Part shown: piece by piece, positions 18,877 through 28,894 of the stretch | Layout of the letters: the number at the start of each line of letters is the position of its first letter | Position numbering within the stretch: the first letter of the stretch is position 1 | Source of the DNA: Candidatus Latescibacterota bacterium | GTDB taxonomy: Bacteria > Latescibacterota > UBA2968 > UBA8231 | Assembly (NCBI GenBank): GCA_965205655.1 | Contig: CBDBIJ010000086.1 | Span: 1 to 38,803, forward strand | Length of the DNA: 38,803 bases | Reading direction: 5' to 3' | Made by a program: the position numbers and the translations under genes | Notes under the pieces: model-generated | What the model saw: only the letters and a program-made list of their open reading frames with translations | Database searches by the model: none | Told to the model about the DNA's origin: nothing

Positions 18877-19815
18877 ATGTCGCGCATCGTCAAGGTAGGC
18901 ACCGCCCAGTTCGGTCCTGTATCGCGCTCTGAGAGTCGCGGCGATGCGGTAGAGCGTCTATTGGCGCTCATGCGGCAGGCCCATTCTCACGACTGCGATC
19001 TCGTCGTCTTCACCGAGGTCGCCCTCGTCCCGTTTTTCGCCCACTGGTACATGACCGATCCGGACGAGATCGATGCCTACTTTGAGCGGGAGATGCCTGG
19101 ACCGGAAACCCAGCTTCTGTTCGACGAGGCGGCCAGACTCCAGATCGGGTTCCACCTCGGGTATGCGGAGCTGGTCTCTGATGAGTTGGGAAACCGTCAC
19201 TACAACACTTCCGTTCTCGTCGACCGCGATGGCTCCGTCATCGGCAAGTACCGAAAGATTCACCTGCCCGGGTATGAGGAGTATCGCCCCGGCGACACCT
19301 ACCAGAATCTGGAGAAACGCTATTTCGACCCGGGGGATCTCGGATTCCGCGTCTGGAACGCGTTTGGCGGCGTCATCGGCCTGTGCATTTGTTACGATCG
19401 CCGCTGGCCGGAGACCTATCGGGTCCTCGCCCTGCAGGGCGCCGAGATGATCCTGCTGGGCTACAACACGCCGGACCACGACGCCGACGGGTCCGGCACC
19501 AATCCGCTCGCCGGTTTCCATAATCAGCTGGCCATGCAGGCCGGCGCGCATCAGAATGCCACCTGGGTTGTCGGCGTCGCCAAGGCGGGTGTCGAGGAAG
19601 GCATCAAGCAGCTCGGACAAAGCTGCATCATAGCGCCAACGGGCGAGATCGTCGCCGAGGCCTCAACACTCGAGGACGAGCTCATCGTCGCCGCCTGCGA
19701 CCTGGATATGGCGACACGCGAAAAGGAGCGCATCGACTTCGAGCAGAACCGACGCATCGATCAATACGGGTTGATCACCGAACGGATAGGAGCGGTTCCA
19801 CCGGGAGGAGGATAA
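18877..19815 (+). CDS. N-carbamoyl-D-amino-acid hydrolase-like (nitrilase superfamily)
   Basis: E-K-C triad in FTEVAL, YRKIHLPG and ICYDRRWPE, plus LEKRYF and GYNTP. Confidence 0.88.
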   Translation: MSRIVKVGTAQFGPVSRSESRGDAVERLLALMRQAHSHDCDLVVFTEVALVPFFAHWYMTDPDEIDAYFEREMPGPETQLLFDEAARLQIGFHLGYAELVSDELGNRHYNTSVLVDRDGSVIGKYRKIHLPGYEEYRPGDTYQNLEKRYFDPGDLGFRVWNAFGGVIGLCICYDRRWPETYRVLALQGAEMILLGYNTPDHDADGSGTNPLAGFHNQLAMQAGAHQNATWVVGVAKAGVEEGIKQLGQSCIIAPTGEIVAEASTLEDELIVAACDLDMATREKERIDFEQNRRIDQYGLITERIGAVPPGGG

Positions 19816-19940
19816 TGGCTTTCAGGGTCGCGCTGGCGGGCACGGATGCTGCGGCCCTTCCGGCTTGGGTCATCGTCGCGGCCAACACGCCCGACGGCAT
19901 CACCACGCAGCTGCCTCAACCGACACGAAAGAAATCGTGA
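19815..19940 (+). pseudogene. 41-aa ORF, possible deletion remnant of a D-2-hydroxyacid dehydrogenase
   Basis: GGAGGAGG RBS, TAATG and GTGA overlaps with the neighbours; MAFRVALAGTDAAALPAWV-IVAANTPDGIT. Confidence 0.4.
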
Positions 19941-21307
19941 TACTCACCGTAGTCGGCGGCGGCAGCACCACGTGGATGCCGAACCTGATGCGTGACATCT
20001 ACCTGCTCGATTCAGACGGCGGCGGAGAGATTCGACTCGTCGATCCCTACTCGGCTAATGTCGGCACCATCGCCAAGATGCTCGAAGTCTTCAACCGGGC
20101 TCGGAACAAGTGCTACGACATCAGCGTCGTTGACGATCGTCGCTCCGCTATGGCAGGTGCCGATTTCGTCATGACGACGTTCTCACCGGGCAGCATGGAT
20201 GCGTTCTACAACGATCTCGAGATTCCGATCCGCTACGGAATTCGACTGCCCGTCTCCATGACCGTGGGGCCCCCCGGAATCTCTGCGGCGCTGCGCACTG
20301 CACCGACGGCCTACGAAATCGTCGAGGACATGGAGGCGGCCTGTCCCGGTGCCTTTGTACTGAACGTAACCAACCCCATGAGCGTGGTCACCAGGGCCAT
20401 GAACATGGCCGCAAGAACGGTAAAGGTCATCGGCTTCTGTCACGAGTTTCACATGTTCCCGCCGCTTATCGAGAAGATCCTCGGCCTCGAGAAGCCGGAG
20501 GAGATGCACGTCGGCGAGTATCTCTACCACCATCTGCCCGAACAGGGTTTCGAGTATACGATCGCCGGCGTCAACCACTTTATCTGGGTTACAAAGGCGA
20601 GGCGAGGAGGAGAGGACGTGATACCGCTCATTCGCCAGTACGCCAGCGATAATTGCGACACCCGAGCTGATGACGAGCCCTACGATGCCAGGCGCAACTA
20701 CGACGCCGTCAAGCTGGCGCTGTGCCGCACCTTCGGCTACCTGCCCATCGTCGGCGACCGTCACCTCGTCGAATTCTGGCCGAGTCTGTGTAACCAGCGC
20801 TCCGGCTTCGGCATGAAGTACGATGTCATCAAAACGACGGTGGCAGAGCGGCGTCACCGTATCGATCAGAGCATGGCCCTGGTCAATCGCATCGTCTCGG
20901 GCGAAGAGGAGATCGAGTGGAGCCGCAGTAGTGAGGAGATGACGACGGCCATCAAAGCGATTATCAGCGGTACGGAGGCGAGAGGTATATTCAATCTGCC
21001 CAACGAGGGGCAGATCGGAAATCTGCCGGAGGAGGTTGTGGTGGAGACTCTCGGAACCGTCACCATGGACGGTGCCACACCCACGCCCGCTGGCGAGCTG
21101 CCCGGTCCCATCGGTAGCCTCTGCCGGCTTCACGCTGATATCCACGAGATGACCGTTCGCGCCGCACTCGAGGGCGATCGCGATCTCGCCGTGCAGACCA
21201 TGAGCCTCGACCCGCTCAGCGCCGGCGCTGACTTTTCCGAGCTGACCAGCATGACGGACGAGCTGCTGTTGGCCAACAAGCAGTGGCTGCCCCGCTTTTT
21301 CAGGTAG
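19937..21307 (+). CDS. Glycoside hydrolase family 4 (NAD+-dependent), alpha-galacturonidase-like
   Basis: Motifs VVGGGS, NVTNPM, GFCHE, GVNHF, GDRHLVEF and NLPNEGQI. GTG start at 19937. Confidence 0.88.
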   Translation: MILTVVGGGSTTWMPNLMRDIYLLDSDGGGEIRLVDPYSANVGTIAKMLEVFNRARNKCYDISVVDDRRSAMAGADFVMTTFSPGSMDAFYNDLEIPIRYGIRLPVSMTVGPPGISAALRTAPTAYEIVEDMEAACPGAFVLNVTNPMSVVTRAMNMAARTVKVIGFCHEFHMFPPLIEKILGLEKPEEMHVGEYLYHHLPEQGFEYTIAGVNHFIWVTKARRGGEDVIPLIRQYASDNCDTRADDEPYDARRNYDAVKLALCRTFGYLPIVGDRHLVEFWPSLCNQRSGFGMKYDVIKTTVAERRHRIDQSMALVNRIVSGEEEIEWSRSSEEMTTAIKAIISGTEARGIFNLPNEGQIGNLPEEVVVETLGTVTMDGATPTPAGELPGPIGSLCRLHADIHEMTVRAALEGDRDLAVQTMSLDPLSAGADFSELTSMTDELLLANKQWLPRFFR

Positions 21308-21326
21308 TCGCCAATAGTCGCCTGCC

Positions 21327-22403
21327 GTGACTTCGACAGCGATCAACATCGACAGCACTGCTCTGCGCAACCTGATGACCGACGTGTTCTCAGCGCTCGG
21401 GGTGCCCGGCGCGGATTGCGACGTACTCGTCGACGCGCTTCTGGAGGCAAGTCTCGCCGGCTACGACTCTCACGGCATCATGCGCGTCCACATGTTCCAC
21501 GGCGATATCCGCTCCGGCGAGATCGTCCCCGACGCCGCCGTCCAGACGCTTAACGAGACCGCGTCCTCTGCCTATCTCGACGCCAACCACGGCATCGGAC
21601 CCGTTGCTGCCACGACGGCGGTTGCCATCGCCTGCGAGAAGGCGGCTCAGACCGGCGTCGGCTGTGTCAGCGTCACGCGGTCAAACGATATCGCCAGGCT
21701 CGGCGGATATCTGCGCCAGCCGGCCATGTCTGGCCTCGTGACAATGATCATGGTCAATGACGGTGGCGGCGGTCCGGTCGTGGCCCCGTGGGGTTCCGCT
21801 CAGCCCTTCCTCAGCACGAATCCCCTCGCAGCCGGTATACCGTGGCGGAGTGACCTGCCGATCATCATCGACCTGTCGACCAGTGTGGTGTCAGGTGGCA
21901 GGCTGAAAATGCTGGCCAGTCGCGACGAAGAGCCTCCGGAAGGTTGGCTCATCGGGCGGGACGGCCGCGCGACGACAGACATCGAGTCTTTTTTCGCCAC
22001 CCCGCAGGCGAGCGCGCTACTCCCTCTTGGTGGTCTCGACTCCGGTCACAAGGGTTTTGCGCTGAGTGTGCTCGTCGACATTCTCGCCGGTGCGCTCGGG
22101 GGCTTCGGCTGCAGTGCTGGGAAGTGGCCGAAGGGCAACAAGAACGGCATCTTCGTTCTCGCCATCGATCCGGAGAAGTTCGCTTCCCGCGAGACCTTCG
22201 CCCGCACCGTCGGGGAGTTTGTAGAAAACCTGAAGAATTGCGAGCGAACTCCGGACGTCGAAGAAATCCTCTTGCCGGGCGAGCGCTCGCACCGGGAGCG
22301 GCAGCGCCGTCTCGAGAACGGCATTCCGGTGCAGCTCCCTGTGTGGAAGGAAGTGACGGAGATCCTGGACGAGCTCGGCTTGAAGGGGAAATACGATGCG
22401 TGA
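21327..22403 (+). CDS. Ldh_2 family (malate/L-lactate/ureidoglycolate-type) oxidoreductase
   Basis: Motifs GYDSHG, STNPLAAG, LLPLGG...HKGFAL and LPGE. Confidence 0.9.
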   Translation: MTSTAINIDSTALRNLMTDVFSALGVPGADCDVLVDALLEASLAGYDSHGIMRVHMFHGDIRSGEIVPDAAVQTLNETASSAYLDANHGIGPVAATTAVAIACEKAAQTGVGCVSVTRSNDIARLGGYLRQPAMSGLVTMIMVNDGGGGPVVAPWGSAQPFLSTNPLAAGIPWRSDLPIIIDLSTSVVSGGRLKMLASRDEEPPEGWLIGRDGRATTDIESFFATPQASALLPLGGLDSGHKGFALSVLVDILAGALGGFGCSAGKWPKGNKNGIFVLAIDPEKFASRETFARTVGEFVENLKNCERTPDVEEILLPGERSHRERQRRLENGIPVQLPVWKEVTEILDELGLKGKYDA

Positions 22404-23803
22404 CGCGACGAATCTTACGAGACGCTCCTTCTTCAAACTATCCGCCGCGACGACCCTCGGCTTCGCCGGGCTGCACCGCGCCCTCGGCTGCGCCTGCGAC
22501 CCCGCCCTGCACGGTCGCAATCCCGGACCGTACGGCGATCTGATCGCCGATCCCGAGGGCGTCCTCGATCTTCCGGGCGGTTTCAGCTATCAGATCATAT
22601 CCAGAGCCGGCGACCAGATGGATGATGGCCTGCTTGTACCCGGAGCGCAGGACGGCATGGCCGCTTTTCCGGGACCCGGCGGCAAAACCGTCATTGTGTG
22701 TAACCACGAAAACAACATCGGCCCCGGATCGGTATCCGCGTTTGGCGAGGCGGGCGAGTTGTCGCCGCAGATCGATCCAGCCGCCGTCTACGATACCTCC
22801 GAGGAGGCATTCTGCCCGGGGGGCACCACGACCCTCGTCTACGACACGAGAGAACGCCGGCTCGAGCGCCGGTTCCTCAGTCTCGCCGGTTCCTTGCGCA
22901 ATTGCGCCGGCGGCCCGACGCCGTGGAATTCCTGGATCAGCTGTGAGGAAACCACGCTGACTTCGGGGGAATACTGCAACCTCGATCACGGCTACAACTT
23001 CGAGGTGCCGGCGCGAGCGCGACCCGGCCTGGCGGCGCCCGTGCCCCTCAAGGCAATGGGACGGTTCAATCACGAAGCCGTTGCCGTGGACGAACGCTCC
23101 GGCATCGTCTACCAGACCGAGGACCGGGGCGACGGCCTGATCTATCGATTCGTTCCGAAGACGCGGGGAAACCTCGCCAGCGGCGGCGCCTTGCAGGCGT
23201 TGAAGATCGACGACCGACCGTCACTGGACACCAGCAACCGTTTTTATACTCGACTCGAGGTCGGTGAGCGGATGTCTGTCAGCTGGCTCGATCTGGACGA
23301 CGTCGAATCCCCGGGCGACGACTTGCGATTCCAGGGTTCCAGCCGAGGTGCCGCACAGTTTGCCCGCGGTGAGGGGATGTGGGTCGGTGACGGCGCCATC
23401 TACTTCGTCTGCACTTCCGGAGGTGTGGCTTGGCAAAGGCCAGATCTGGAAGTACATTCCCAGCCCCTTCGAGGGAACATACCGTGAGATGAAGAATCCT
23501 GGTGTGTTGGAGCTCTTCCTCGAGCCCAACGACGGTTGTCTGGTGGAGAACGCGGACAATGTCGTCGTCACCCCCTGGGGCGATCTCATCCTCGCCGAAG
23601 ATGGCCCACCCGATCAGTTCCTGGTGGGCGTCACCATGGACGGCGTGGTCTACAAGTTCGCTCGAAACGCCCTCGACAGTTCCGAGTTCGCCGGCCCCAT
23701 TTTCTCCCCGGACGGCAGCACCATGTTCGTGAACCTGCAGCACTCGGGACTGACGCTGGCGATTCTCGGGCCGTGGTCTCCGCGCTCGTCGACGGCAACC
23801 TGA
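22396..23803 (+). pseudogene. phoX: Tat-exported PhoX (DUF839) alkaline phosphatase, frameshifted at about 23430
   Basis: Tat motif TRRSFFK; CNHE, NCAGGPTPW..W.SCEE, GRFNHEA and RGEG. The second frame carries GQIW, NADN, EDG, SEFAG and FVNLQH. Confidence 0.85.
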
Positions 23804-23843
23804 TGGCGACCCTCGACACTGAATGGCACGCCCCGTGAGCGTC

Positions 23844-24494
23844 ATGGAGCGAGTTCCAGAGCCCGAACTCATGGAGCGGGACGAGCAGGCTCGGGCGTAT
23901 GCCTTCGCTGACTTCGAGGAACCCCACGCGCGCTTCGTCGAACTACTGCTGGATCGCCTCGACGACCTGCCCGACCGTGGTGTCGCCCTCGACCTCGGTT
24001 GCGGACCCGCCGATATCTCCATTCGGCTCGCCCGCGCCTTGCCAGCCTGGAGCGTCGATGGCATAGACGGCTCGGCAGCCATGCTGCGCTACGGACAAGA
24101 AGCGATTGAGGCGGCAGGTTTGCGCGATCGCGTGCATCTCGTCGAAGCGCGACTGCCACTGGCTGAGGCCCCCCGCGAGTCCTACGACCTCGTATTCTCG
24201 AACAGCCTCCTCCACCATCTTGCCGACCCGATGGTCCTGTGGACAGCCGTCAGTCGGTGGTCAGCAACGGCCGTGTTCGTCATGGACCTCTTGCGGCCGC
24301 TCGATTCCGCACAGGCTCAGCGCCTCGTAGATGAACACATCGCCGGCGAGCCGGAAGTGCTGCAGCGCGACTTTCACAATTCCCTGTTTGCCGCCTACTC
24401 GCTCGAGGAGGTCCGAACACAGCTTATGGACGCGGCGCTCCAGTATTTGCAGATCGAGCAAGTCAGCGACCGCCACCTGATCGCGTGGGGCTAG
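23844..24494 (+). CDS. Class I SAM-dependent methyltransferase
   Basis: Motifs MERVPEPELM, LDLGCGPAD and SNSLLHHL. Alternative start at 23823. Confidence 0.85.
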   Translation: MERVPEPELMERDEQARAYAFADFEEPHARFVELLLDRLDDLPDRGVALDLGCGPADISIRLARALPAWSVDGIDGSAAMLRYGQEAIEAAGLRDRVHLVEARLPLAEAPRESYDLVFSNSLLHHLADPMVLWTAVSRWSATAVFVMDLLRPLDSAQAQRLVDEHIAGEPEVLQRDFHNSLFAAYSLEEVRTQLMDAALQYLQIEQVSDRHLIAWG

Positions 24495-24541
24495 TGTCAG
24501 CAATCAGGCGGAGCGGCGCGGCCGCCCACCAGACTGTCGCG

Positions 24542-25762
24542 TCAAAAGTGATCCGGCGCCCAGAAGATCACCTCGCGACGGGGAAACAAGATGCTGAGCA
24601 GTCTTGAGGCCTCGTCTGGCACCGAAATCCCGCGGGCGAGGAGGGCGGGCTCGAGTTCGGTCCAGCTCTCTTTACCGAGCGCCGCCCGCCAGAAGAGACC
24701 CTCCGGAAGGTTGAGGTCGGCGCTATTCGCCGCGTCGCCCGGCACTTGGAGTGATCCGCCATCGACGCCGAGTGTGCCTTCCTGCGCGTTCAGCGCGAGG
24801 CGCAGGCTCATTCTGCCAAACCTTTCCCCCGACTCATCGAGACGCTGCTGCCACTCCGGCAACAGCTCGACGAGCAGCCCCTTCAGTTCAAGTGCGCGAA
24901 TCATCAGTTTGGGAGAGCCGGTGGGACTCAGCGTGCCGAAGCAGCCGTCAACGAGCTGATCGACGACTGGATGACTCGACGGGATCTCGCCGACGATCGC
25001 TTCGACGCCTCCGTCTCGGCTTTCCTGAAGAAAGTGATCCACCATGTCGCGGAGCGCGCTCGGATCATCTCGCTCGTAGGCCACCTCGCACAGCCGGGCC
25101 TCCTTTTCTTCGAGTTCGTAGGTGAGGTAGCCACCGAGCTTGCCGTCCCGACGGGCGACGACGGTTGGCAACACCCCTCGCAGCCGCGCCGGCACTGAAT
25201 TCCAGTAGTCGCGCGGCCGCTCTATCGAGCCACTCTGCCCCGAATTGTAGGTGTCGAACAGGGCCATGACCTCTTCGATGTCGCGACCTTCCTGGAACGG
25301 CTCGATGCTCCACGATCCGTCTCGCCGTTCGCCCCACACACCCGGCCCGATGCGGAATCCGCCCATCGGAACCTGCCGGTAGCCGAGCCGGCCATAGAAG
25401 TGGCTCGGCACGTCCGAGAACAGAACGGAGATGAGATATCCAGCTTCGCGCATGTAGTCGATCGCCTCGCTCGTAAGCGCCGATCCGAATCCCTTGCCGC
25501 GGCAGCCGGGATCGGTGCAAACGCCGCCGATCCCTCCCATGCGGATGGGACGAGCGCCGATCCTGAAGCTTCGCTCCCACACTCGCAGCGTCGCCACAAT
25601 CCGACCCGCATCGATCGCCACGCGAGTCTGGTCGATGCGGAAGGAGGGATCACCGGACATGTACTGGCGGTAGCGCTCGTGGCCGTTGGGACGGAAGGCC
25701 TTGCACGTCAGCTCCACGACCTCGTCAAGCTCTGATTCGGCTATAGCGCGGATTTCCATCAC
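24542..25762 (-). CDS. Eis-like GNAT N-acetyltransferase
   Basis: Motifs GGIGGVCTDPGCRGKGFG and FYGRLGY. The length of about 400 aa fits tandem GNAT plus an SCP2-like domain. Confidence 0.85.
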   Translation of the reverse strand: MMEIRAIAESELDEVVELTCKAFRPNGHERYRQYMSGDPSFRIDQTRVAIDAGRIVATLRVWERSFRIGARPIRMGGIGGVCTDPGCRGKGFGSALTSEAIDYMREAGYLISVLFSDVPSHFYGRLGYRQVPMGGFRIGPGVWGERRDGSWSIEPFQEGRDIEEVMALFDTYNSGQSGSIERPRDYWNSVPARLRGVLPTVVARRDGKLGGYLTYELEEKEARLCEVAYERDDPSALRDMVDHFLQESRDGGVEAIVGEIPSSHPVVDQLVDGCFGTLSPTGSPKLMIRALELKGLLVELLPEWQQRLDESGERFGRMSLRLALNAQEGTLGVDGGSLQVPGDAANSADLNLPEGLFWRAALGKESWTELEPALLARGISVPDEASRLLSILFPRREVIFWAPDHF

Positions 25763-25816
25763 CCAGCAGCCTCGATCATCTTGCGTCCAGCAAGTTCATG
25801 CTCAATATTTGCCCCT

Positions 25817-27181
25817 ATGACTCAACTGACTGTTGCCGACGTCGCGGCTGTGCGGACGCAGGATCGCGATCACGTCTGGCATCCCCTGCTGCAGCACCGC
25901 TCCCTCGAGGAGCGCGACCTCATGGTCATCCGCGAAGCCAACGGCACTACTCTCGTGGATGGCGAGGGCAAGGCCTACCTCGACGCCTTCGCCGGGCTGT
26001 GGAACGTGAACGTCGGTTACGGCCGGGCGGAGATCGCCATGGCCGCCTACGAGCAGATGCAGAAGCTGCCCTACTATCCGCTCGCGCAGATCAACCTGCC
26101 CGCCACCGAGCTCGCCGACAGGCTCGCCGAAATTCTCCCGGGTGAGTTGAACCACTCCTTCTTCTGCAACAGCGGCTCGGAAGCAAACGAAACAGCCTTT
26201 AAGATCGCCCGGCAATACAGCAGGCAGAAATTCCCTGGACAAAATCGCTACAAAATCATCGCCCGCTACCGAGGGTACCATGGCTTCACCTTCGGCGCCA
26301 TGTCGGCGACCGGCCAGACCGCTCGCAAGGTCAAATTCGAGCCTCTCGTTCCCGGCTTCTTTCACGTCGATCCTCCCTACTGCTACCGCTGTCCCCTCAA
26401 GCTCAGCTATCCCGATTGCGGCGTCGCCTGTGTCGAGGAGATCGTAGAGGTCATCGAGAAAGAGGGTATCGAGACGGTGGCCGCCGTCATCGCCGAGCCT
26501 GTCATCGGCGGCGGCGGCGTCATCGTGCCGCCCGACGACTATCTGCCCAGACTGAGAGAGATCTGCGACACCTATGGCATCCTGCTGATTCTCGATGAGG
26601 TCATCACCGGCTTCGGGCGCACCGGCGCTCTCTTCGGCTGCGAGCACTGGAATGTCGAGCCAGACATCATCACCCTCGCCAAGGGCGTCACGAGCGGCTA
26701 TCTGCCCCTTGGCGCCTGCGTCGTCACGCCGGAAATCTTCGAGGGTTTTCTCGGAGACCTCGACGAAGATCGGGAATTGGCTCAAGTTTCCACCTATGGC
26801 GGACACCCGGTTTGCTGCGCCGCCGCTCTCGCCAACATCGATATCATCATGAACGAGCGCCTGTGGGAGAATTCCGCTCTCGTGGGCGCCTACCTCTTCG
26901 AGGGCCTGTCGCAGCTCAAGTCTCCGCTCGTTGGAGATGTGCGCGGCAAGGGACTGATGATCGCCGTGGAGCTCATCGGCGAGGACGGAGCCGCTCTCGA
27001 TGCGGCGCGCACCGGGGCTGTAAAGTCCGGCATCAAAGATGCCGGTGTTCTCGTCGGTTCGATGAGTCACGTCCTTTCCGGTCCCGAAAGCACGCTCTTT
27101 CTCTCGCCTCCACTCGTACTCACCAAGGAGGAGGCGGACACGATTATCAAAGCGTTCGAAGCCGGCCTTTCGAACGCGTGA
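25817..27181 (+). CDS. Class III PLP-dependent aminotransferase
   Basis: Motifs GLWNVNVGYG, NSGSEANE, YHG, DEVITGFGRTG and AKGVTSGY. Confidence 0.92.
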   Translation: MTQLTVADVAAVRTQDRDHVWHPLLQHRSLEERDLMVIREANGTTLVDGEGKAYLDAFAGLWNVNVGYGRAEIAMAAYEQMQKLPYYPLAQINLPATELADRLAEILPGELNHSFFCNSGSEANETAFKIARQYSRQKFPGQNRYKIIARYRGYHGFTFGAMSATGQTARKVKFEPLVPGFFHVDPPYCYRCPLKLSYPDCGVACVEEIVEVIEKEGIETVAAVIAEPVIGGGGVIVPPDDYLPRLREICDTYGILLILDEVITGFGRTGALFGCEHWNVEPDIITLAKGVTSGYLPLGACVVTPEIFEGFLGDLDEDRELAQVSTYGGHPVCCAAALANIDIIMNERLWENSALVGAYLFEGLSQLKSPLVGDVRGKGLMIAVELIGEDGAALDAARTGAVKSGIKDAGVLVGSMSHVLSGPESTLFLSPPLVLTKEEADTIIKAFEAGLSNA

Positions 27182-27195
27182 CCTCCTTCTTCTCT

Positions 27196-28620
27196 TCAGT
27201 CTGACCCCCCACCCGCCCCCGCGAACGGCAGTCCCGGCCGCGTGTCCGCCCACGGCGCCATCCCCTCATAGGCTGCCGAGGCCCTCAACACCGTCACCTC
27301 GTCCCGCCACCGTCCGACGATCTGGAGCCCCACCGGCAGTCCGCCGCCGCTGAACCCGCACGGCACCGTCGCCGCCGGCTGGCCGGTAAGATTGAACGGA
27401 TAGGTAAACGCCGTCCAGCTCAGATAGGATGTCGGATGTCCGTCGATGTCCCCGGGATAGTCGTCGCCTGCGGGAAACGCGGTTACCGGCAGCGTCGGTG
27501 TGAGCATCAGATCGTACTGCTTCATGAAACGGCGCCAGGTCTGGTAGTATTCGGTGCGACGAATATATGCCTGCGCCAGCTGCGGGCCGCTGTAGCGTCG
27601 CGCCCGCTCGATGATGGCCACTACTCCCGGGTCCAACTGCGCCCGGACTTCGTGCAGACCGTCGAGAAACGCCGCTGCGAATCCCGTCGACCAGATTGCG
27701 TCCACGATCTCCCACGGATCGCCCGCATCCGGGTGGGCTTGCTCGACGTAGCAGCCCAGCTCGTCGAAACGCCTCGCTGCCTTCTCGGCGATCTGGCGAA
27801 CCTCCGGCTCGACGGCTGCATAGCCCAGATCGGAACTCCACGCCACTCGCAGGCCCGCCACATCACCCTCGAGGGCACCGAGGTAATCGGTCTCAGCCGG
27901 CAGCGAGGTGCGATCGCATTCATCCGGATGCGCCATGACCGTCAGCATGAGCGCCGCATCCCGCACCGTCCGAGTCATCGGGCCGGCGTGGGAGAGCTGC
28001 TCTACCACACTCGCCGGATGCTGAGGTACCCGCCCCCATGAAGGCTTCAGGCCGTAGATGCCGCTGAACCCGGCGGGTATGCGAATCGAGCCGGCGCCGT
28101 CCGAACCCTGTGCCAGTGGGCCCATGCCGGCTGCCACCGCAGCTGCGGCTCCACCGCTCGAACCCCCTGCCGTGCGGCCGCGCTTCCACGGATTGTGCGT
28201 CGGCCCGACGACTCTGTTGCCGCTGTCTCCCTTCCAGCCGAGCTCGGGGGTGTTCGTCTTGCCGAGCATGACCATTCCCGCACCGTATAGCAGCTGTGCT
28301 AATGGCGCATCGAATTCGGGTACGGCATTCTCGTAGAGCAGGGATCCCCTCGTCGTGCGGATGCCCCTCGTGTAGACAAGGTCTTTCAAGGAGCCCGGTA
28401 CTCCGGCAAGGGGCCCGGCCTCCTTCTTGTCATATGCCTGTTCGGCCGCACGAGCCTGCTCGAGCGCCAGCTCCGGCGTGACGGTGATGAAAGCATTCAG
28501 CTCTGGATTTAGCTGATCGATGCGTGCGAGTACGGCCTCCGTCACCTCAACCGGCGACACCTGTTGGCGCTCGTAGAGGTCCCTCAGCTCGAGGGCGGAT
28601 TGGAAACAGAGCTCATCCAT
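27196..28620 (-). CDS. Amidase-signature family amidase
   Basis: Motifs SLKD, GKTNTPE, GGSSGG and GSDGAGSIRIPA. Start is 28620 or 28671. Confidence 0.92.
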   Translation of the reverse strand: MDELCFQSALELRDLYERQQVSPVEVTEAVLARIDQLNPELNAFITVTPELALEQARAAEQAYDKKEAGPLAGVPGSLKDLVYTRGIRTTRGSLLYENAVPEFDAPLAQLLYGAGMVMLGKTNTPELGWKGDSGNRVVGPTHNPWKRGRTAGGSSGGAAAAVAAGMGPLAQGSDGAGSIRIPAGFSGIYGLKPSWGRVPQHPASVVEQLSHAGPMTRTVRDAALMLTVMAHPDECDRTSLPAETDYLGALEGDVAGLRVAWSSDLGYAAVEPEVRQIAEKAARRFDELGCYVEQAHPDAGDPWEIVDAIWSTGFAAAFLDGLHEVRAQLDPGVVAIIERARRYSGPQLAQAYIRRTEYYQTWRRFMKQYDLMLTPTLPVTAFPAGDDYPGDIDGHPTSYLSWTAFTYPFNLTGQPAATVPCGFSGGGLPVGLQIVGRWRDEVTVLRASAAYEGMAPWADTRPGLPFAGAGGGSD

Positions 28621-28894
28621 TTGCCTGGCCCGACTGTTCTGGCGTTCATCCCTGTTCCCGATTGCCGTCATCAGACGAACAACCGACGCGGGCTACAAAG
28701 TAGAGGTCAGGGAGTTCCGAATCCATGATGCGACGAGGACTTCCCGGTGATGCTTGTCACGTGAAGCAGATCACCGTATCCGGATCACCGACTTTGTATC
28801 GTTGTGAAGTTCGAAGCGACGATCGAGGTGCACGCAAGGCTTTGCTCGATCTATCTGCTTGCGCTGCAGCAGATTGTGGAGGAACTTTTACGGC

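Noticed and set aside
27196..28620. gatA assignment
   Set aside because: No gatB or gatC neighbours; generic amidase motifs only.
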